Shown here: positions 1-9,551 of the stretch, piece by piece
Layout of the letters: every line of letters begins with the position of its first letter
How positions within the stretch are numbered: the stretch's first letter is position 1
Origin: Clostridia bacterium
GTDB taxonomy: Bacteria > Bacillota > Clostridia > Christensenellales > Borkfalkiaceae
Length of the DNA: 64,000 bases
Assembly (NCBI GenBank): GCA_021204825.1
Contig: JAJPYR010000052.1
Coordinates: 550-64,549 of the forward strand
Direction of reading: 5' to 3'
Notes under the pieces: generated by a model
The model's input: the letters and a program-made list of their open reading frames with translations, nothing else
What the model was told of the DNA's origin: nothing
Database searches by the model: none
Position numbers and translations under genes: made by a program

Positions 1-214
1 TTATGTCAAGGGATCGGACAAGGTACTGGAGGAAGTCATAAATGAGCTCGGCATCAAGTGCGGCGAGTGCACTGAGGACAGAAGTTTCTCGCTGGACAGC
101 TGCAGGTGCGTGGGCGCATGCGGACTGGCTCCCGTCATGATAGTGGACGGGGAAGTGTACGGCAGGATGACGGCCTCACAGGTCAAGGGCATCCTGGACA
201 AGCACAGAGACTGA
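1..214 (+). CDS. hydC: NuoE-like [2Fe-2S] subunit of electron-bifurcating [FeFe]-hydrogenase, C-terminal fragment (5' end outside window)
   Basis: Reading frame from nt 2 gives ...SLDSCRCVGACGLAPVMIVDGEVYGRMTASQVKGILDKHRD*, the Cys-cluster/APV region typical of NuoE/HydC thioredoxin-like ferredoxins. Stop TGA is at 212-214. A NuoF-like gene starts 17 nt later. Confidence 0.8.
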   Translation, partial: YVKGSDKVLEEVINELGIKCGECTEDRSFSLDSCRCVGACGLAPVMIVDGEVYGRMTASQVKGILDKHRD

Positions 215-230
215 GGCGGAGGAGAAGGAG

Positions 231-2123
231 ATGACAAGAGAAGAGCTTGCTAAAATCGCCGCCGAAGGCGCGGACAGGATCAATGTGAGAAGGCTCGTGC
301 GCGAGCAGGCCGAAAAGCTTGCCCCTCAGACCGGATACAGGAAGCAGGTGCTGGTATGCGGCGGAACGGGATGCACGTCCTCTCATTCACTCAAGGTTAT
401 AGAGACCCTTGAGGAGTCCCTTAAGGAGCTCGGCGTGGAAGATGTGCTCATCGTAAAGACCGGATGTTTCGGGCTTTGCGCTCTGGGCCCCATCATGATA
501 GTATATCCGGAAGGGGCGTTCTATCCCCACATGACTCCGGAGCATGTGAAGACTGTTGCAGAGAAGCACCTTGTGCCCGGCGGAGAGCCTGTGAGGGACC
601 TCCTGTTCCAGGAGACAGTCAAGGAGAACGGCGATATCATGCCGTTCGCAGAAGTGCCTTTCTACAAGCACCAGATGAGAATAGCCCTCCGCAACTGCGG
701 CGTCATTGCGGCGGAGGACATAAGGGAGGCCATTGCGGCAGGAGACTATTCCGCCCTTGCAAAGGTTCTCTTTGAGATGACCCCGGATGAGGTTATAGCT
801 GAAGTCAAGAAGTCAGGGCTCCGCGGACGCGGAGGCGCAGGATTCCCCACAGGAGTGAAGTGGCAGTCCTGCAAGGATGCAAAGGGAGATGTGAAGTACA
901 TCTGCTGCAACGCGGATGAAGGAGACCCTGGCGCATTCATGGACAGGTCCGTCCTTGAAGGAGACCCCAACACCGTCCTTGAGGCAATGACCATAGCAGG
1001 CTATGTGGTTAATGCACATCAGGGCTTCATATACGTCCGTGCAGAGTACCCCATTGCCGTGGACAGGCTCAACATAGCCATAGCGCAGGCCAGAGAGTTA
1101 GGCCTTTTAGGAAAGAACATTCTCGGCAGCGGGTTTGACTTCGACATAGAGATACGCCTCGGCGCAGGTGCCTTCGTCTGCGGCGAAGAGACAGCCCTTA
1201 TGGAGAGCATAGAGGGCAAGCGCGGCGAGCCCAGGCCCAGGCCGCCTTTCTCTGCCCAGAGCGGCGTTTACAGGAAGCCTACCGTCCTCAACAACGTTGA
1301 GACATGGGCAAGCATCAACCCCATACTCACAAAGGGCGCAGACTGGTTTGCATCCATTGGCACAGCCAAGAGCCACGGCACCAAGGTGTTCGCGCTCGGC
1401 GGAAAGATCAACAACGTTGGCCTTGTGGAGGTTCCCATGGGAACCACCTTAAGGACCATCATATACGACATAGGCGGCGGCATCCCCAACGGCAAGAAGT
1501 TCAAGGCGGCCCAGACCGGCGGCCCTTCCGGCGGATGCATCCCTGCCAAATACCTGGATGTCGGAATGGACTTCGACAATCTCATTGCCATAGGGTCCAT
1601 GATGGGATCCGGCGGACTCATCGTAATGGACGAGGACACCTGCATGGTGGACATCGCCAAGTTCTACCTGGAGTTCACCGCAGACGAGAGCTGCGGCAAG
1701 TGCATACCCTGCAGAGTGGGCACAAAGAGGCTTTTGGAGCTCCTGCAGAAGATATGTGACGGCAAGGGCGAGCCGGATGACCTCGTGAAGGTCAAGGAGA
1801 TCGCGCAGCACATGAAGACATCATCCCTGTGCGCCCTCGGACAGTCCGCACCCAACCCCATACTCTCCACGATGGAGCATTTCGAGGATGAGTACTGGGC
1901 TCACATCTATGAAAAGAGATGCCCTGCCGGCGTGTGCAAGGCCCTTCTCAATTACTATATCCAGCCTGACAAGTGCCGCGGATGCACGCTCTGCGCGCGC
2001 AACTGCCCTGCAAAGGCAATAACCGGCACTGTAAAACAGCCTCATGTGATAGACCCCACCAAGTGCATCAAGTGCGGCCTCTGCATGTCCAACTGCCGCT
2101 TCGGCGCTATAATCAAGAGGTGA
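231..2123 (+). CDS. hydB: NuoF-like NAD(H)/FMN-binding subunit of electron-bifurcating [FeFe]-hydrogenase
   Basis: 630-aa ORF with the GRGGAGFPTGVKW motif, an N-terminal thioredoxin-like 2Fe-2S region and C-terminal 2x CxxCxxCxxxCP ferredoxin motifs. Flanked by NuoE-like and HydA genes. Confidence 0.9.
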   Translation: MTREELAKIAAEGADRINVRRLVREQAEKLAPQTGYRKQVLVCGGTGCTSSHSLKVIETLEESLKELGVEDVLIVKTGCFGLCALGPIMIVYPEGAFYPHMTPEHVKTVAEKHLVPGGEPVRDLLFQETVKENGDIMPFAEVPFYKHQMRIALRNCGVIAAEDIREAIAAGDYSALAKVLFEMTPDEVIAEVKKSGLRGRGGAGFPTGVKWQSCKDAKGDVKYICCNADEGDPGAFMDRSVLEGDPNTVLEAMTIAGYVVNAHQGFIYVRAEYPIAVDRLNIAIAQARELGLLGKNILGSGFDFDIEIRLGAGAFVCGEETALMESIEGKRGEPRPRPPFSAQSGVYRKPTVLNNVETWASINPILTKGADWFASIGTAKSHGTKVFALGGKINNVGLVEVPMGTTLRTIIYDIGGGIPNGKKFKAAQTGGPSGGCIPAKYLDVGMDFDNLIAIGSMMGSGGLIVMDEDTCMVDIAKFYLEFTADESCGKCIPCRVGTKRLLELLQKICDGKGEPDDLVKVKEIAQHMKTSSLCALGQSAPNPILSTMEHFEDEYWAHIYEKRCPAGVCKALLNYYIQPDKCRGCTLCARNCPAKAITGTVKQPHVIDPTKCIKCGLCMSNCRFGAIIKR

Positions 2124-2128
2124 GAGAT

Positions 2129-3847
2129 ATGGTAAATCTGAAGATAAACGGAATACCGGTATGCGTGCCGGAAGGATCCACTATACTTGAAGCGGCAAGA
2201 GCCGCCGGAGTAAGAATCCCCACCATGTGCTACCTCAAGGACGTGCAGTGCGTGGGTGCATGCCGTCTCTGCCTCGTAGAGGCCACCGGGGCCCGCGGCC
2301 TTGTTGCGGCCTGCGTATATCCTGTGGCAGAGGGCATGGAAGTAAAGACCAACTCAAGAAAGGCCAGAAATTCCAGAAAGACTACAATAGAGCTGCTCCT
2401 TTCCACACACAGGAAGAAGTGCCTCTCATGCGTCCGTTCCGGCAAGTGCGAGCTTCAGAAGCTGGCCCAGGAATACAACTGCGATGAGGACAGGTTTGCA
2501 ACAGACACCACACCGCAGCCCATAGATGACCTTTCCCTTTCCATAGTAAGGGATTCATCCAAGTGCGTAAGGTGCATGAGATGCGTTGCTGCCTGCGAGA
2601 AGCAGACCATCTCCGCCATAGGCCCCATCAACCGCGGCTACGCAAAGAACGTGGGCTCGCCTTTCGGCGAATCCCTTGCAGACACCCCGTGCGTAAACTG
2701 CGGGCAGTGTGTGGTTGCCTGCCCGGTAGGCGCCCTTTATGAGAAGAGCAACACATCAATAATCTGGGACAAGATAGAGGACCCGGATGTGCAGGTTGCC
2801 TTCTTCACAGCACCCTCCGTGCGTGCCACCCTGGGCGAGGCCTTCGGCCTTCCTGCAGGGACCAACTGCGAGGGCAAGATGGTAACGGCCATCAAGCAGA
2901 TGGGCGAGACTGCCATGTGCTTCAACATGGACATCACCGCAGACCTTACCATAATGGAAGAGGCCAACGAGCTCATGACCCGCATCACAAAGGGCGGCAA
3001 GCTTCCCATGTTCACAAGCTGCTGCCCCGCATGGGTAAAGTTCGTGGAGAGCTACTATCCGGAGTACATAGACAGCCTTTCCACATGCAAGTCCCCTCAG
3101 GAGATGTTCTCCGCCGTCCTCAAGACATACTACTGCGAGAAGAACGGCATAGACCCCAAGAACCTCTACGTGGTCTCCGTCATCCCCTGCACGGCCAAGA
3201 AATTTGAGTGCCAGCGTCCTGAAGAGGGCGGCTACACAGACATGGCCATAACTACCCGTGAGCTTGCAAGGATGATTTCCGAGGCATCCCTCAACTTTGA
3301 ATCACTTCCTGACACTCCGTTTGACAACCCGTTCGGCACTGCAACAGGCGCAGGCGCCATCTTCGGAGCAACCGGCGGCGTAATGGAGGCAGCGCTCCGC
3401 ACTGCCGCCCTGAAACTGGACGGCAAGGCCGCACCCCTCAAGTTCCACGAAGTCCGCGGCACTGCAGGCATCAAGGAAGCCACATACATCCTGCGCGGAG
3501 TGGAGATTACCGTAGCCGTGGCATCCGGCCTCGGCAATGCCCGCAAGGTCATGGAGATGATAAAGTCCGGCGAGAAGAACTACACCTTCGTTGAGATCAT
3601 GGCATGCCCCGGCGGCTGTGTCAACGGCGGCGGCCAGCCCTACGTCCATGACGAGATCCGCAACAACTACGACCTCAAGGCTCTGCGTGCGCAGGTCCTT
3701 TATGACAGCGACCGCAAGAACAAGCTGCGCCGCGCTGACCAGGACCCTGCAGTCAACAAGCTCTACAAGGAGTACTTCGGCGCTCCCAACTCCGAGAAGG
3801 CCCACCAGCTTCTCCATACGCACTATGTAAAGCGCCGTCTCTACTGA
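2129..3847 (+). CDS. hydA: [FeFe]-hydrogenase catalytic subunit with N-terminal 2Fe-2S/4Fe-4S accessory domains
   Basis: ATG at 2129 (MVNLKINGIPVCVPEG...), 3 nt after the hydB stop. H-cluster motifs TSCCPAWV and MACPGGCVNGGGQP are present. The upstream part of track ORF 1973.. overlaps hydB and is not used. Confidence 0.92.
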   Translation: MVNLKINGIPVCVPEGSTILEAARAAGVRIPTMCYLKDVQCVGACRLCLVEATGARGLVAACVYPVAEGMEVKTNSRKARNSRKTTIELLLSTHRKKCLSCVRSGKCELQKLAQEYNCDEDRFATDTTPQPIDDLSLSIVRDSSKCVRCMRCVAACEKQTISAIGPINRGYAKNVGSPFGESLADTPCVNCGQCVVACPVGALYEKSNTSIIWDKIEDPDVQVAFFTAPSVRATLGEAFGLPAGTNCEGKMVTAIKQMGETAMCFNMDITADLTIMEEANELMTRITKGGKLPMFTSCCPAWVKFVESYYPEYIDSLSTCKSPQEMFSAVLKTYYCEKNGIDPKNLYVVSVIPCTAKKFECQRPEEGGYTDMAITTRELARMISEASLNFESLPDTPFDNPFGTATGAGAIFGATGGVMEAALRTAALKLDGKAAPLKFHEVRGTAGIKEATYILRGVEITVAVASGLGNARKVMEMIKSGEKNYTFVEIMACPGGCVNGGGQPYVHDEIRNNYDLKALRAQVLYDSDRKNKLRRADQDPAVNKLYKEYFGAPNSEKAHQLLHTHYVKRRLY

Positions 3848-3880
3848 TTCCAACCGTTAACAGCATAATATACAAAAATG

Positions 3881-3915
3881 CCCTCTGTCCCTTCCGGAAC
3901 AGGGGGTATTTCATT
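3881..3915 (+). terminator. Intrinsic terminator after hydA
   Basis: CCCTCTGT-10 nt loop-ACAGGGGG (8 bp including one G-U) followed by the U-rich TATTTCATTCTCTT. Confidence 0.55.
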
Positions 3916-4109
3916 CTCTTATACTTAACGCCACAGGCAAAACAGCCCTCTTACAGCGCGTTAAAGGCCCAAACGGGCCCCTTGCGCGCTGCATCTGCAC
4001 ACAGACCTTGCGGGCGGCCTGCAACTGCCGGCTGCCCTGAAGGGCAGAGGCAATTATGCCCGCAGAAGCAAAGCAGGGCGCAAGCAGCAGCTTATGACCT
4101 TCGCAAGAC

Positions 4110-4352
4110 TTAATCCCTGTCCTGGGTCTCTATCTCTTCCAGTTTGTCCAGATAGTCTTCCACAGCTGCCTGGAAGGCCTTCTCCAGCTCTTCCAGAGAA
4201 TAACCCTCATACGTCACAGGGGCATCCAGGCCCAGCACCTTGCCGTAGAACCTGCCGTGCCCGGCCTCTTCAATGCTCCCTGTGCATCCAAGGTAGCTCA
4301 TTGTTGCCTTGTCCATAATATCCTGCCTCCCGAATACTTCATACTCTCTCAT
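4110..4352 (-). CDS. HicB-like antitoxin N-terminal domain protein (short, no DNA-binding domain; start may be an internal Met)
   Basis: ...MSYLGCTGSIEEAGHGRFYGKVLGLDAPVTYEGYSLEELEKAFQAAVEDYL matches the YxGSxE...FxGKVLGI...YEG...AVxDYL pattern of HicB N-terminal domains. It lies 9 nt downstream of the longer hicB paralogue. Confidence 0.6.
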   Translation of the reverse strand: MREYEVFGRQDIMDKATMSYLGCTGSIEEAGHGRFYGKVLGLDAPVTYEGYSLEELEKAFQAAVEDYLDKLEEIETQDRD

Positions 4353-4361
4353 ATCACAGGC

Positions 4362-4718
4362 CTAAGAACCTGAATTGCCTGTCCTTCTGGACAGCTCATT
4401 GCGCACGGATTCCTCCACAAAGCTGTTAAGGCTCATGTCATGGGACAGAGCATATACGGCGGCCCTTCTGTGGAGCTCCGGCGATACACGCACGTTGAAG
4501 CTTCCCTTGTATGCCTTCTCCGGTCTGATTCCTTTCTCCTCACAGAGGGAGAGGTATGAGTCCACAGCGTCATGGAAGTCCTTTACCAGCTCATCCCCTG
4601 TGCGGCCCTCATATGATATGAGCGCCCGGATACCCAGGACCTTGCCGTAAAACAGGCCGTCCTGCTCAGAGAGCTCTATGCTCCCCGTATAGTCCTTGTA
4701 GTTCATCACAGCGCTCAT
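4362..4718 (-). CDS. hicB: HicB family antitoxin with C-terminal RHH-like region
   Basis: Start MSAVMNYKDYTGSIELSEQDGLFYGKVLGIRALISYEGRTGDELVKDFHDAVDSYL... plus C-terminal KGSFNVRVSPELHRRAAVYA (RHH-like). SD AGGA lies upstream of the ATG at 4718. The N-terminal 49 aa of the track ORF are rejected. Confidence 0.75.
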   Translation of the reverse strand: MSAVMNYKDYTGSIELSEQDGLFYGKVLGIRALISYEGRTGDELVKDFHDAVDSYLSLCEEKGIRPEKAYKGSFNVRVSPELHRRAAVYALSHDMSLNSFVEESVRNELSRRTGNSGS

Positions 4719-4771
4719 TTTATCAGTCCTGCCGGCATTGCGGCCAGCCCGCAGGCGGCCCACTGCCGGAC

Positions 4772-4818
4772 AGTATACACCTGTACGGTTTATTTTGCAA
4801 CTGATAACAGTTGCAAAA
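4772..4818 (-). promoter_or_regulatory. hicB promoter with overlapping palindromic operator
   Basis: Minus strand: -35 TTGCAA (4795-4800), 17-nt spacer, -10 TATACT (4772-4777). A perfect inverted repeat TTTTGCAACTG-ATAA-CAGTTGCAAAA spans 4793-4818 and covers the -35. Confidence 0.6.
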
Positions 4819-4849
4819 CGGCAACTTATGCGCTTATGCGCTTTTGAAG

Positions 4850-4881
4850 CAAAAACAAGCCGCACCCGGAAGGAGTGCGGC
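4850..4881 (-). terminator. Intrinsic terminator after aquaporin gene
   Basis: GCCGCAC-loop-GTGCGGC hairpin (4859-4881). On the minus strand it is followed by TTGTTTTT. Confidence 0.65.
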
Positions 4882-4921
4882 GATCTTCTCTCAAGTCTTA
4901 AGACTGTGTCATGCTGTAAGA

Positions 4922-5710
4922 TTACTCAGCTGCCGTCTCGTCTGCTGCAGCTTCTTCGGTCTTCTCTTCGGGAAGAGTGTCGGAAAGCTTGGAGCTGTCA
5001 ATCTTCTGCTCTTTGTTCTTTGTAAGTGCCTGATATACGAATGCTGCGATGATGCCGCCAAGGCAGGGTGCTATGATCCAGATCCAGAGCTGGCTTGCAG
5101 ATGTTGTGTTGCCGGCGATGCACTGAAGAATGGAGGGAGCGATGGATCTTGCGGGGTTGACGGATGTCCCGGTGATGTTGAGTCCAAGAAGATGTACAAG
5201 GGTAAGAGCAAGGCCGATAACGATGCCTGCATGCTTTCCGCTGTGGAATCTTGTGTCTGTTGCGCCGAGAACTGCGATTACGAATACGAATGTAAGGATG
5301 ATCTCAGCGATGAATCCAACGATGAGGGCAGCGCCTGTTACAGAACCGGTATCACTGTACGCATAGAGTACGGAGGACTGAACCTCATTTCCGCCGAGTG
5401 AGCCAAAGCCGCCCATGAAGAGTGCGAGGATGAACGCGCCTACGAATGCGCCTATAACCTGTGAAAGGATATAGAATCCGCAGTCCTTCCAGGACATTCT
5501 CTTGGAGATTGCCATTCCAATTGATACGGCGGGGTTGATGTGGCATCCGGAGATGTTGCCGATTGAATATGCCATCGCAACTATGACAAGGCCGAAGGCA
5601 AGAGCTGTGGGAACGATGGAAGCTTCTGTGAATGCTGCAACGCCGCAGGCGAAGAGTACGAGCACGCAGGTTCCTATGCCTTCAGCAAGACACTTCTTAA
5701 GCAAAGACAT
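4922..5710 (-). CDS. MIP-family channel (aquaporin/glycerol facilitator) with acidic C-terminal tail
   Basis: Two NPA boxes (HINPAVSIG, SVNPARSIAP). Start MSLLKKCLAEGIGT with SD AAGAGG 9 nt upstream. The longer track ORF start is rejected. Confidence 0.9.
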   Translation of the reverse strand: MSLLKKCLAEGIGTCVLVLFACGVAAFTEASIVPTALAFGLVIVAMAYSIGNISGCHINPAVSIGMAISKRMSWKDCGFYILSQVIGAFVGAFILALFMGGFGSLGGNEVQSSVLYAYSDTGSVTGAALIVGFIAEIILTFVFVIAVLGATDTRFHSGKHAGIVIGLALTLVHLLGLNITGTSVNPARSIAPSILQCIAGNTTSASQLWIWIIAPCLGGIIAAFVYQALTKNKEQKIDSSKLSDTLPEEKTEEAAADETAAE

Positions 5711-5952
5711 TTGTATTACCTCTTTCGCATAGATTTCACCCTGGATTTTAGTCATTTGGCCTGTGGAAGTCAACAGATAAATCCAGCAATTAACGTAAAT
5801 TTGTCGTATTCTGCAAGAGAAAATTTACACATATGTTGCAGCTGTCTGTTTTTCAGCGGCTTGCCGCCTTAAACCCTCATGCAGGCCATCCTCCGCCGGC
5901 AGCATGAAGTGCGGCTCATATGAAAAAGCCCGGGCAGTGCCCGGGCCGGAGG

Positions 5953-7767
5953 TCATTTCCTGCCTGTTTTTGTTTTGGACCTGGCCTTTTTGCCCTTGGG
6001 CTTGGATGTGTCCGGCGTAAGGTCCGGGAAGAACAGCTTTTCCCAGCTCTGGGCGGAGTACAGGGCAGAGCAGTTGGAGTAGAGCTTCTTGTATTTGCCG
6101 TAGAAGAACAGAAACTGGAATACGGTGCGGATAGTGGCCCGGCGGTACTTGCGGCGCTGGGCTTTGTCGAAGGTGCATACATAGCCCTGGCGGCGGACAG
6201 GGTCATAGTTAATGATGGTTTTTTTGCGGAAGCAGTCCATGGCTGCCGGATTTCCGGCATCCGTCACAACCGTTTCATCGGCCAGCATGGAAGGGGGGAA
6301 GTAAGCCTCAAGGAACATTATGACCCTCCCGTGCCGTTTCTTGTCATCGCCGGCGTCATCCGGACGCTCATAATTGAGGTCCTCTATGCCGTACAGAGTC
6401 TCGAGGGTCTCCTTGTCCAGATATACGGGCGCCTTGTCATTTATGACCTTGTTCAGTATAACGGGGTCTGTCCTGGTTAAGAATGACGGGCCTTTTTTGA
6501 CATCCAGAAAAGACCTGTATATGAGCTCCACGCTCATGTAGTTCTTGAGGACCAGCCCTTTGAACATGAAGTATGCGTAGTTTATGGCTGCCTTGAAACG
6601 GCTGCACTTATGGTGCATTATGGCCGTTATAAGGAAATTGCGCCTGGAGTAATAGTCCAGCACTCTGGAGTACTTGTTGTCAAAGTCCTGGTGCCAGACA
6701 GCAAGGCCGTTCATTAAAATGAGCTCCTTGTACGTGCGCAGGCCGTATTCTATATCATCGGATTTTATGAAGAACGGCATCGGAAGGCCGTAATCCTGCA
6801 CAAAGTGCGCAGGCATGCAGCAGTACCACCAGGCATTGTAATCCGGCGTGTCTGCATCCTGGTTCTTAAGAAGGTTTTCTTCCAGGCGCATGTCCAGGTC
6901 CTTGTTCACGGACTTTAGGGAAAGCCCGTTGAACAGTCCGCCGAACTCATGCTGCATGTAGGGGTGGGAGAGCTTCAGCATGACGCCGCCAACGGCGGCA
7001 TCCTTGTGCTCCTCCGTCAGGGCACAGAGTATGTTATATGTGCGTTCTATTGTGCCGAAGCTGAACTGGATGTCATCATCCATAAGCAGCATATGGGTGT
7101 ACTCTTCATGCCTGGAGAGCTCATACATGCCCCTTGCAAAGCCGCCGCTCCCTCCAAGGTTGCGGTTGGGATATACCGTATACAGAGGATCTTCTTCCCA
7201 CGCAAGGGTCTCTGCGTTGTCCACAATGAACACATGAATCCTGTCTGCCCAGACGGGGTTTTTCTGTATGGCCCCCCGGAGCTTCTCCATATTGGCCTTA
7301 AGGAACTCTTCCCTCTTATAGGTGCATATTACAAGTCCCAGCTTGACTGGCCTTTCCGGCTCTTTTTCCGTCTCCCAGCGTGCTCCGTGGAAGACGCATG
7401 CAGAGGCAGCTGTTATGGTGAAGTATAAAAAGCTTCCCATCTTGGTGTCCGGTATTACTGTGGACACGATCCCCCTGCCCTGCCTGAAGTCTGATACCAG
7501 CTCGTGCGGTTCCCCGTTCTGGTCCATGCAGAAGATCTTTACGGTATATATGCCTGTGATGTCCAGATATAATACCGGTTTGTCTATGCCACAGTAATGG
7601 TAATACTCATAATACGGGTACAGATTAAAGAAAGTGCTGAAAGAGACTGTGTCCCCGCACTCTATTCTCAACGTATTATACTGCCTGCTGTGCCTGGCTT
7701 TTCCCCTGTAAAAGAGCTCATTAAGCTCTGTGCTGCCATCTCCCAGCGTTATATCATACAACTTCAC
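5953..7767 (-). CDS. Large GT2-family glycosyltransferase, GlfT2-like (galactofuranosyltransferase-like)
   Basis: 604 aa with LVICTYKREEF, FIVDNAE, NLGGSGGFARG and LLMDDDI motifs, as in bifunctional GlfT2-type GT2 enzymes (recognised from memory). Confidence 0.7.
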   Translation of the reverse strand: MKLYDITLGDGSTELNELFYRGKARHSRQYNTLRIECGDTVSFSTFFNLYPYYEYYHYCGIDKPVLYLDITGIYTVKIFCMDQNGEPHELVSDFRQGRGIVSTVIPDTKMGSFLYFTITAASACVFHGARWETEKEPERPVKLGLVICTYKREEFLKANMEKLRGAIQKNPVWADRIHVFIVDNAETLAWEEDPLYTVYPNRNLGGSGGFARGMYELSRHEEYTHMLLMDDDIQFSFGTIERTYNILCALTEEHKDAAVGGVMLKLSHPYMQHEFGGLFNGLSLKSVNKDLDMRLEENLLKNQDADTPDYNAWWYCCMPAHFVQDYGLPMPFFIKSDDIEYGLRTYKELILMNGLAVWHQDFDNKYSRVLDYYSRRNFLITAIMHHKCSRFKAAINYAYFMFKGLVLKNYMSVELIYRSFLDVKKGPSFLTRTDPVILNKVINDKAPVYLDKETLETLYGIEDLNYERPDDAGDDKKRHGRVIMFLEAYFPPSMLADETVVTDAGNPAAMDCFRKKTIINYDPVRRQGYVCTFDKAQRRKYRRATIRTVFQFLFFYGKYKKLYSNCSALYSAQSWEKLFFPDLTPDTSKPKGKKARSKTKTGRK

Positions 7768-8109
7768 AAGTCTATATTATCATACCAAATCCAAAGCGTC
7801 AACTGTTCAAATGTTCAGCATATACTGCTAAAATGCTGTATATTCCGGACCAGAGAGCCGTCCACGGCCTCCCCGGGGGCCGGGATGCCCCTTCAAGGGA
7901 CCATTGCAGGTGATTCGCAGCCATTGTGCGGACCTTGCATGCAGTGTGAAAGCCATAAGGAATTTGTGCGGATTTTCATATGAAAGCCTGTTAATTATTG
8001 TGCAAACGGATTTTGTGTGATATAATTGCTTGCAATTGACCGGGCAGGCGGCCCGGTGAGAAAATAAAGCTGCCAGATGCCGTGGCAGCGTTTCGCAGGA
8101 GAATGAACA

Positions 8110-9369
8110 GTGCCGCATAATGTTATAGCAGAGGCCAAAAGGTGCCTCAACTGCAAGAATCCGCTGTGCGTGAAGGGATGCCCCATACACACGCCAATCC
8201 CTAAGATGATCTCCATGTTTCTGAACGGACAGATCAAGGAAGCAGGGAAGATGGTCTTTGACAACAACCCTCTGTCCGTAGTCTGCTCAATAGTATGCAA
8301 CCATGACGCCCAGTGCCAGGGGCACTGCGTCAGGGGCATAAAGGGAGAGCCCGTGCTCATCTCCGTTGTGGAGAACTTCATCTCATCCAACTTCCTGGAC
8401 TGCATGAACGTTGAAAAGGGTCCTTCCAACGGCATAAAGGTGGCCGTAGTCGGCGCAGGTCCTGCAGGAATAACCATTGCAATCAAGATGGCGCAGCTCG
8501 GATATGACGTCACCATGTTTGACTCCAAGCCCAAAGTGGGCGGCGTGCTCCGTTACGGAATTCCTGACTTCCGTCTTTCCCACTCCATTGTGGACAAGTA
8601 CGAGGTCCTTCTGCGCAAGCTGGGCGTAAAGATCCGTTACAACATAACCATAGGCAAGGTCATAGGCATTGAGGAGATGTTCAGGGACGGCTTCAAGGCC
8701 ATCTCAATAGGCACTGGAGTTGCCTGGCCCGTGACCCTCAACATAAAGGGAGAATCCTTGGGCCACGTGCACTACGGAGTGCATTACCTCTTTGACCCGG
8801 ACGTATATGACCTCGGGGACAAGGTGGTTGTCATCGGCGCCGGAAACGTTGCCATGGACGTAGCCCGCACGGCTCTCAGAAAAGGCGCCCAGGATGTCAA
8901 GATCATGGTCCGCAGCGACCGCTATTCCGCCAGCAAGGAAGAGCATGACTACGCCGAGATAGAGGGAGCGCAGTTCATATTCAACAAGGCTCCCATGGAG
9001 ATAACCTCTGAGGGCGTATACTTTGCCAACACCGTATGCGATGAAAACCACAAGGTAATATCAATGTCGGATGACTGGGAGTTTGTTCCGGCCACAACCG
9101 TCATGATATGCGTCTCCCAGCGCCCGTCCAGCTTCATTCTCACCCAGACAAAGGGGCTGGAGATAAACGAGAAGGGTCTTGCCAAGATAGGCGAGAACGG
9201 CGAGACAACACGCGAGGGGCTTTTCGCGGCAGGAGACGTAATCCGCGGAGCAAAGACGGTAGTGGAGGCGGCAGAGACGGCAAAGCGTGTCGTGGCAGGC
9301 ATGGATGCATACCTCAAGGGCCTCCAGTACGGCAACGAGGAAGGCGGGGACGAACAGGACAGAGACTGA
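8110..9369 (+). CDS. GltD/NfnB-family NAD(P)H-dependent FAD/FeS oxidoreductase (glutamate synthase small-subunit-like)
   Basis: GTG start with AGGAG 9 nt upstream. N-terminal CLNCKNPLCVKGCP...CQGHCVRG FeS motifs and two Rossmann GxGxxG motifs (VVGAGPAG, VIGAGNVA). No NfnA/GltB partner is adjacent. Confidence 0.8.
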   Translation: MPHNVIAEAKRCLNCKNPLCVKGCPIHTPIPKMISMFLNGQIKEAGKMVFDNNPLSVVCSIVCNHDAQCQGHCVRGIKGEPVLISVVENFISSNFLDCMNVEKGPSNGIKVAVVGAGPAGITIAIKMAQLGYDVTMFDSKPKVGGVLRYGIPDFRLSHSIVDKYEVLLRKLGVKIRYNITIGKVIGIEEMFRDGFKAISIGTGVAWPVTLNIKGESLGHVHYGVHYLFDPDVYDLGDKVVVIGAGNVAMDVARTALRKGAQDVKIMVRSDRYSASKEEHDYAEIEGAQFIFNKAPMEITSEGVYFANTVCDENHKVISMSDDWEFVPATTVMICVSQRPSSFILTQTKGLEINEKGLAKIGENGETTREGLFAAGDVIRGAKTVVEAAETAKRVVAGMDAYLKGLQYGNEEGGDEQDRD

Positions 9370-9395
9370 CATCCTTTCCCGATCCGCTAAGCCTT

Positions 9396-9431
9396 AAAAG
9401 AGCCGCAAAAGAGCCGCAAAAGAGCCGCAAA
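9396..9431. repeat. 11-bp tandem repeat (AAAAGAGCCGC) x3
   Basis: Three perfect head-to-tail copies directly after the oxidoreductase stop codon. Confidence 0.9.
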
Positions 9432-9551
9432 TGACGGCAGATATACTTAAGCCGGCGTCATATGGGCGCATGTATGCAGGAACAGTGTTCCGCATGAAAC
9501 AAACATGCGGGAACACAGGCGGAAACGCAGAACTGAAGCGGGGAAAAATCA

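Noticed and set aside
1973-2128. N-terminal extension of the hydA ORF in the track (start at 1973).
   Set aside because: It overlaps the 3' end of hydB in another frame and has an Arg/His-rich nonsense translation. The conserved HydA N-terminus begins at the ATG at 2129.
3916-4921. Search for a HicA toxin partner next to the hicB genes.
   Set aside because: No small ORF with the HicA pattern (basic, GSH motif) is visible in either flank. The flanks are occupied by terminator and promoter/operator sequence.
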